A stretch of 62,928 nucleotides of DNA, counting the filler, from Hyphochytrium catenoides (lineage: Eukaryota; Protista; Hyphochytriomycota), in assembly GCA_900088475.1 (NCBI GenBank). It is 6 parts of 6 records of this genome, joined end to end, with 100 filler letters (N's around TTAATTAATTAA, not from the genome) between each part and the next. Parts side by side here need not be neighbours in the genome. Positions count along the whole stretch, not along the records: positions 55,322 to 61,707 come from FLMG01004287.1; positions 61,808 to 62,928 come from FLMG01003489.1; 4 more parts are not named here. One strand, 5' to 3'. Positions 58,701-62,928 of the stretch are shown piece by piece. Within the stretch, counting starts at the first letter, position 1. Each line of letters begins with the position of its first letter. The notes under the pieces were generated by a model. That model saw only the letters and a list, made by a program, of their open reading frames with translations. It did not search any database and had not been told where the DNA came from. A program made the position numbers and the translations under genes.

Positions 58701-60628
58701 TCAAAGGTCAGTTCTACCGTTTGTTCATGTGGTGGTAATAAGGTGGCATGTCTGCTTTCATGCCTGTTGCTTCGTATAACTCTGTAAAAGCCTCGCTCAA
58801 CACTCGATTGTCCGCTGCTAGACTCTGGAGCATCGCACAAAGGACGTGAACTGGTGGGAGAAACTCTTGAAAGGTCGGTCACTAATGTCGTCCCGGATGG
58901 GGTCCTGACTTGCCACGTTCTCCTACTTTTATGGGGTTGCTTCCCTTGAGTTTAGTTCTATATGCATGCCTGCGTCGACTTTCATGACCTCTTCTCGCTA
59001 AGCTCTAATTTGTTATTGCACATTTAAGGTCTTGCAACTCCTGTTGGAGAGAACTATACCGCCCCTATGGTTGTGGATGCGCCTTCTGGGCGGGGAGACG
59101 AAGTAGACGAAGATGAGGAGATCGCTGAGCGTCGGCTGTTAGAGGATCTAGCTAGAAAGGAGCGTGAGTTCACTCTTCCCCCTAATAGCATCGTTGTCTA
59201 TTGACTGGCCTTCTCATGGCCCCTCATTACCATTAGTCTTTGGTTGAGATGGAACTATTCCCTCTTGAACATGAGCTCTATCTCCTTCGATGCGTTACCT
59301 TAACCTGGAAGCCATGCTAAAGGGTCTGGGTCTGCTCCCTTCTTACTCGTATCCTCGAGTCCTCTAATAGTCCGTTCATATACTCGATCTCCGCTCTTTC
59401 GCCGTGTTCCACGTAGCGATGCCAAAGAGTTTTGAAGCGTTCAAGAAGAACAGAGTCTACTGCTTGGAGAAATTTCTGGGTACGATCTTAAAGCGGTCAA
59501 TTGCCTTTCTCTTCCATCTTCCGACGACTGAATCGCCTTTTCTCTAATGTCCTTCCCTACGAGCTTCTTTCGAGTGTCCAATTCAATGCGCTGCTTCTTG
59601 TGGGTATTGGAGCTGGAATGCTCCTTAACCTCAGGCGCTCTCCTCTTATCGATGCGCACTTCTGTCCATGTAGCATTAGAAGAGATCATCCACCCACGCC
59701 AGCCTGTGGGACTCTTCAAGGGCCATCCAATCTTCTTCCGGCGCCATGTACACAGACTTCATACCAAAGAACGATGGTTGCGACAAGGGCGGCAGGTGAG
59801 TTGCTGAATCCNNNNNNNNNNNNNNNNNNNNNNNNNNNNNNNNNNNNNNNNNNNNNNNNNNNNNNNNAGTTATTTTTATGCCTTCTTTCTTTCACACAGG
59901 TGAAAGGTGAAGAGTTATCCAAACCAATGAAAGAGCTTCCTCGAAAGAAGAAGCCAGCTTTCTTGCAAGCCAACGATCCAAGGGATTCAGAGGTCTCTCC
60001 CTTCTTTTCATGGTTTATTCCATTACTCTCCCTTGTAAACACCTTCTCTCCTATCTGTTGCCCTCGTCTGCTGTGCCTTCCATGCTGCGCAGGTGAGCTA
60101 CTACGCCTTATGGCAGACGGAAGAGTATCGTCCACCTCCAGCTGAGAATGGCAAGGTCCCGAAGAACGAGTTTGGAAATATTGAGCTACTAACTGACAAG
60201 ATGCCACTTCCCGAAGGTGAGGAACGACATCTTGGGCCTTACATTTCCTTCTACTCCTCTCAACTCATCCCTCTTGGGCATGGAATTGGATGACCTCAGT
60301 GCTCTTGCTGTGTGACTTTCATGCTCTACCAATAGTGTCTCCTATAGAATTGTACGTCTAACTTTCGCAGTGCTCTTCGTCTAACTCTCGCACTTTGTGT
60401 GAATTTCTATCACGCCATGTAGGAACGGTGCTTGTTGGTCTTGGTGGGGCAAAGCGAGTGGCACGGCAGCTGGGGATTGACTTTGCCGAGGCCATCACGG
60501 GGTTTGAGAGAAGAAGCGGAAAATTGTAGGTTTCAACAGTCGTACCAGAACTTGTCTCTCCCTTCTCTCTCTCCCTTCTCTCTCTCTCTCTCTTTCTGTT
60601 TCTTTCTTTCTCTCTCTTTCTCTCTCTT

Positions 60629-60700
<72 letters not shown>

Positions 60701-61033
60701 TTTCTCTCTGCCCTTTCCATCTGGTGACCTCTATTTCCTCTTTCTTCCGCTTCCTTTGGGTTTTCTGGAGGGACTGTCTTCTCTTAGCAATATGCGACTT
60801 ATTCGACTCCTTCCGTCCCTTCTCGTCCTTCCGCCAGCTACCCTACAGTAGGTGGCATCGTCGTATGTAAGGAGTTCGAGCAAGTTATACGAGAGGGCTG
60901 CACGGTCCTGGAGCAGCAAAGCATAGAGAAGACAGTGGAGAAGAGGTCTCGTCAGGCGCTTGTGCGGTGGAAGAGGCTGGTGCGGGCGATGATTGTTCGA
61001 GCAAAACTCAGAGAAGAGTATGGAGCCTACTAA
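55740..61033 (+). CDS. XPC: DNA damage recognition protein XPC/Rad4, spliced
   Basis: Acidic N-terminus (EWED); HKAHLC|CLLA; [16 protein letters not shown]; YVVG...KDVTQR; MPKSFEAFK...YCLEKFL; [14 protein letters not shown]; [29 protein letters not shown]; [18 protein letters not shown]; GGIVV; WKRLV...KLREEYGAY*. Confidence 0.93.
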
Positions 61034-61707
61034 TCAAGGGACGGTCTCAACCTCGAAGTCTCTCTCTTCAAGTCCTCTCTTTCTTTGTTTGAACATCTCA
61101 GAGGCTCTCATGGGCCCTTTGAGGCTCCATTACTCTTGCATTAGCTGAGACCAAGCAGTGAAAGGGAGTAGGGAAGGAACAAGTCGATGCCAATAACGTG
61201 GTAGCTGAGGGATCCAGCTCTAGCAGCCACTATTTTCTTAGTTTCGGTATTCTTTCATCTCCTTTACGACAAGGTTAGGGATGAGCTCTTTATATACGGT
61301 ACAATAGAGGCCCTCAAAATTCAAAAACGATTGAAGAAAGGTTACTGCTTGGTCCATGGTCAATGTGTTGTTCTAGTGATATTGTTGTGCTTGAAGCATC
61401 TAAACTCGGCTTGGAAGGTCAGATAACCGACAATATTCGGAGCCATAGAGAAAGTGCCTTCTGGAGCCGCAATAATCTTCAGAAATAATCTTCAGAAAGC
61501 GAATCTGGATTGTGGCCGTTCGAATGCCTCATGCAGATTTCATTATAAAAACTGCATTGCGTACCAGCTGGTGCAGCCATTTTGGGCCTTTTGACGAGGT
61601 CCCGTTTCTGGAGGAGTTGGCATTATGATGCGAACGCCATCATTGAGATATTAGGGACATAGCAGACGCTGATCTTGTCTTGGGGTTGCCAAGGGGCATT
61701 TCTCTAA

Positions 61708-61807
61708 NNNNNNNNNNNNNNNNNNNNNNNNNNNNNNNNNNNNNNNNNNNNTTAATTAATTAANNNNNNNNNNNNNNNNNNNNNNNNNNNNNNNNNNNNN
61801 NNNNNNN
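61708..61807. other. artificial assembly spacer
   Basis: N44-TTAATTAATTAA-N44. Confidence 0.97.
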
Positions 61808-62631
61808 CTCTAGTCTTCCGTCGCTCGGACAATAATAGTACATTCTCTTTGCTCTTTTCTTACCAGTAGTAAAGCACCAGCCAAGGGCGATACGCCTTCT
61901 TGTTTGTTAGCAGCACGACAACTAGAACTTCACCTCTTCTGACGACTGCGAGTTCGTGGTAAGCCCCAGGTCGAGTGAGTGGGCAAATGAACTCATCTAC
62001 CTAAAACCCGCACCCTGCATCTCTCTTAAAAACAGGTCCTCTGCAGCAGCAAAAGTCTGATAAGCTCTTATTTATTACTCTTATCTTGGACCACCACTCC
62101 ATGCAGAAAGTGTAGACCTTCTCAGACACCTGGAAGCTAAAGGTACGGTCGGCTACACCTGACAGTTGTGCTAAAGCGATGAGAGTCTTGACTGCGAACC
62201 TACACCCCTCCTGCTTCAGGTGCTGAGCATCCGGTGCCTTGTAGGAGGTCATTGAGACATGTCCCTTTTGAGTAACACTAGTTCTAACCTTCCTCAGGCC
62301 AAGAAACAAGGCCGCTGTTCAGTCTTTACAGCTTTCTTTAACTTGTTAATAGTGGTAATAGATGGACTTTCTTTATTGGCTGGATACATATTCTTGGTCG
62401 GGCCCAAGGGCTCAGGGCAAGTGGAAGTTAGTTCCCTACTAATAAGCCCGTGATGCGTGGGTGCAGTTATTTAACGTCAATCATTCGCTTTTTGCCACAA
62501 CGAAGTAAAGCAGCAAGAGCCCAACGAACATATTGTCTCCAGCAGAAGACTATACTACTACTTGTAGTGAAGAAGGACTACTCCGCCGCCAGCTCACTTA
62601 AAAGGACGAGAAGATCAAACTTACGTTAACG

Positions 62632-62928
62632 ATGCCAGGCAACAACTATAATATGGACACGAACTTCTCAGTCCGTAATATCAGGGGAACATCGAACCCG
62701 AGATACGCCAACTCCTTATCCCGGACAGAGAAAGATTGGATCACCGTCTGGAGGCGAGAGACGGGATCAACAAGAAAGCTTGTTCAGTTAACGGTTGCAC
62801 AGGGACAAACCTTGTTGGAGGCCATGTCAGGCTGTTGTTGGACGGGAGGATGAAAGGGTACTGGTACATCGCCTGTATCTGCAGCAAGCATAATCATTTC
62901 AGCAACACAGAGGACATGGTATTAGCTG
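62632..62928 (+). pseudogene. small Cys/His-rich HNH (His-Me finger)-like protein with a -1 frameshift; runs off the window end
   Basis: Frame 1 reads ...VRNIRGTSNPRY...WITVWRRETGS. From ~62778 the -1 frame reads ACSVNGCTGTNLVGGHVRLLLDGRMKGYWYIACICSKHN (CxxxxC...GGHV...CxxHN). Confidence 0.55.

Noticed and set aside
61471-61498. 13-bp tandem duplication aataatcttcaga x2
   Set aside because: An isolated short duplication in intergenic DNA with no associated structure.

Overview
Intron-rich eukaryotic genomic DNA with many (CT)n/(AG)n microsatellites. Gene content suggests a stramenopile alga or protist (inference). The window concatenates six assembly pieces joined by five identical 100-bp N44-TTAATTAATTAA-N44 spacers, so adjacency across those spacers is not biological evidence. 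Spliced genes reconstructed by hand: a gamma-glutamylcyclotransferase/AIG2-like protein, 40S ribosomal protein S5, a ~12.7-kb leishmanolysin (M8) metalloprotease with EGF and beta-sandwich repeats plus a TM helix and cytoplasmic tail, a tandem two-domain cathepsin Z/X, RNase H2 subunit A, a probable glomulin/ALF4-like protein, a purine-biosynthesis fusion, a partial FCP1-type CTD phosphatase, and XPC/Rad4. There is also a decayed DDE-like transposase carrying an inverted duplication, and a frameshifted HNH-like small ORF at the window end. The most notable observations are (1) the purine fusion, ordered [catalytically eroded IMP-cyclohydrolase/MGS-like]-GARS-GART-AIRS, (2) the receptor-like leishmanolysin, (3) an apparently obligatory 4-nt micro-exon in the GGCT gene, and (4) the HNH-like ORF. 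Exon boundaries and family calls come from manual translation and motif recall, not from database searches.
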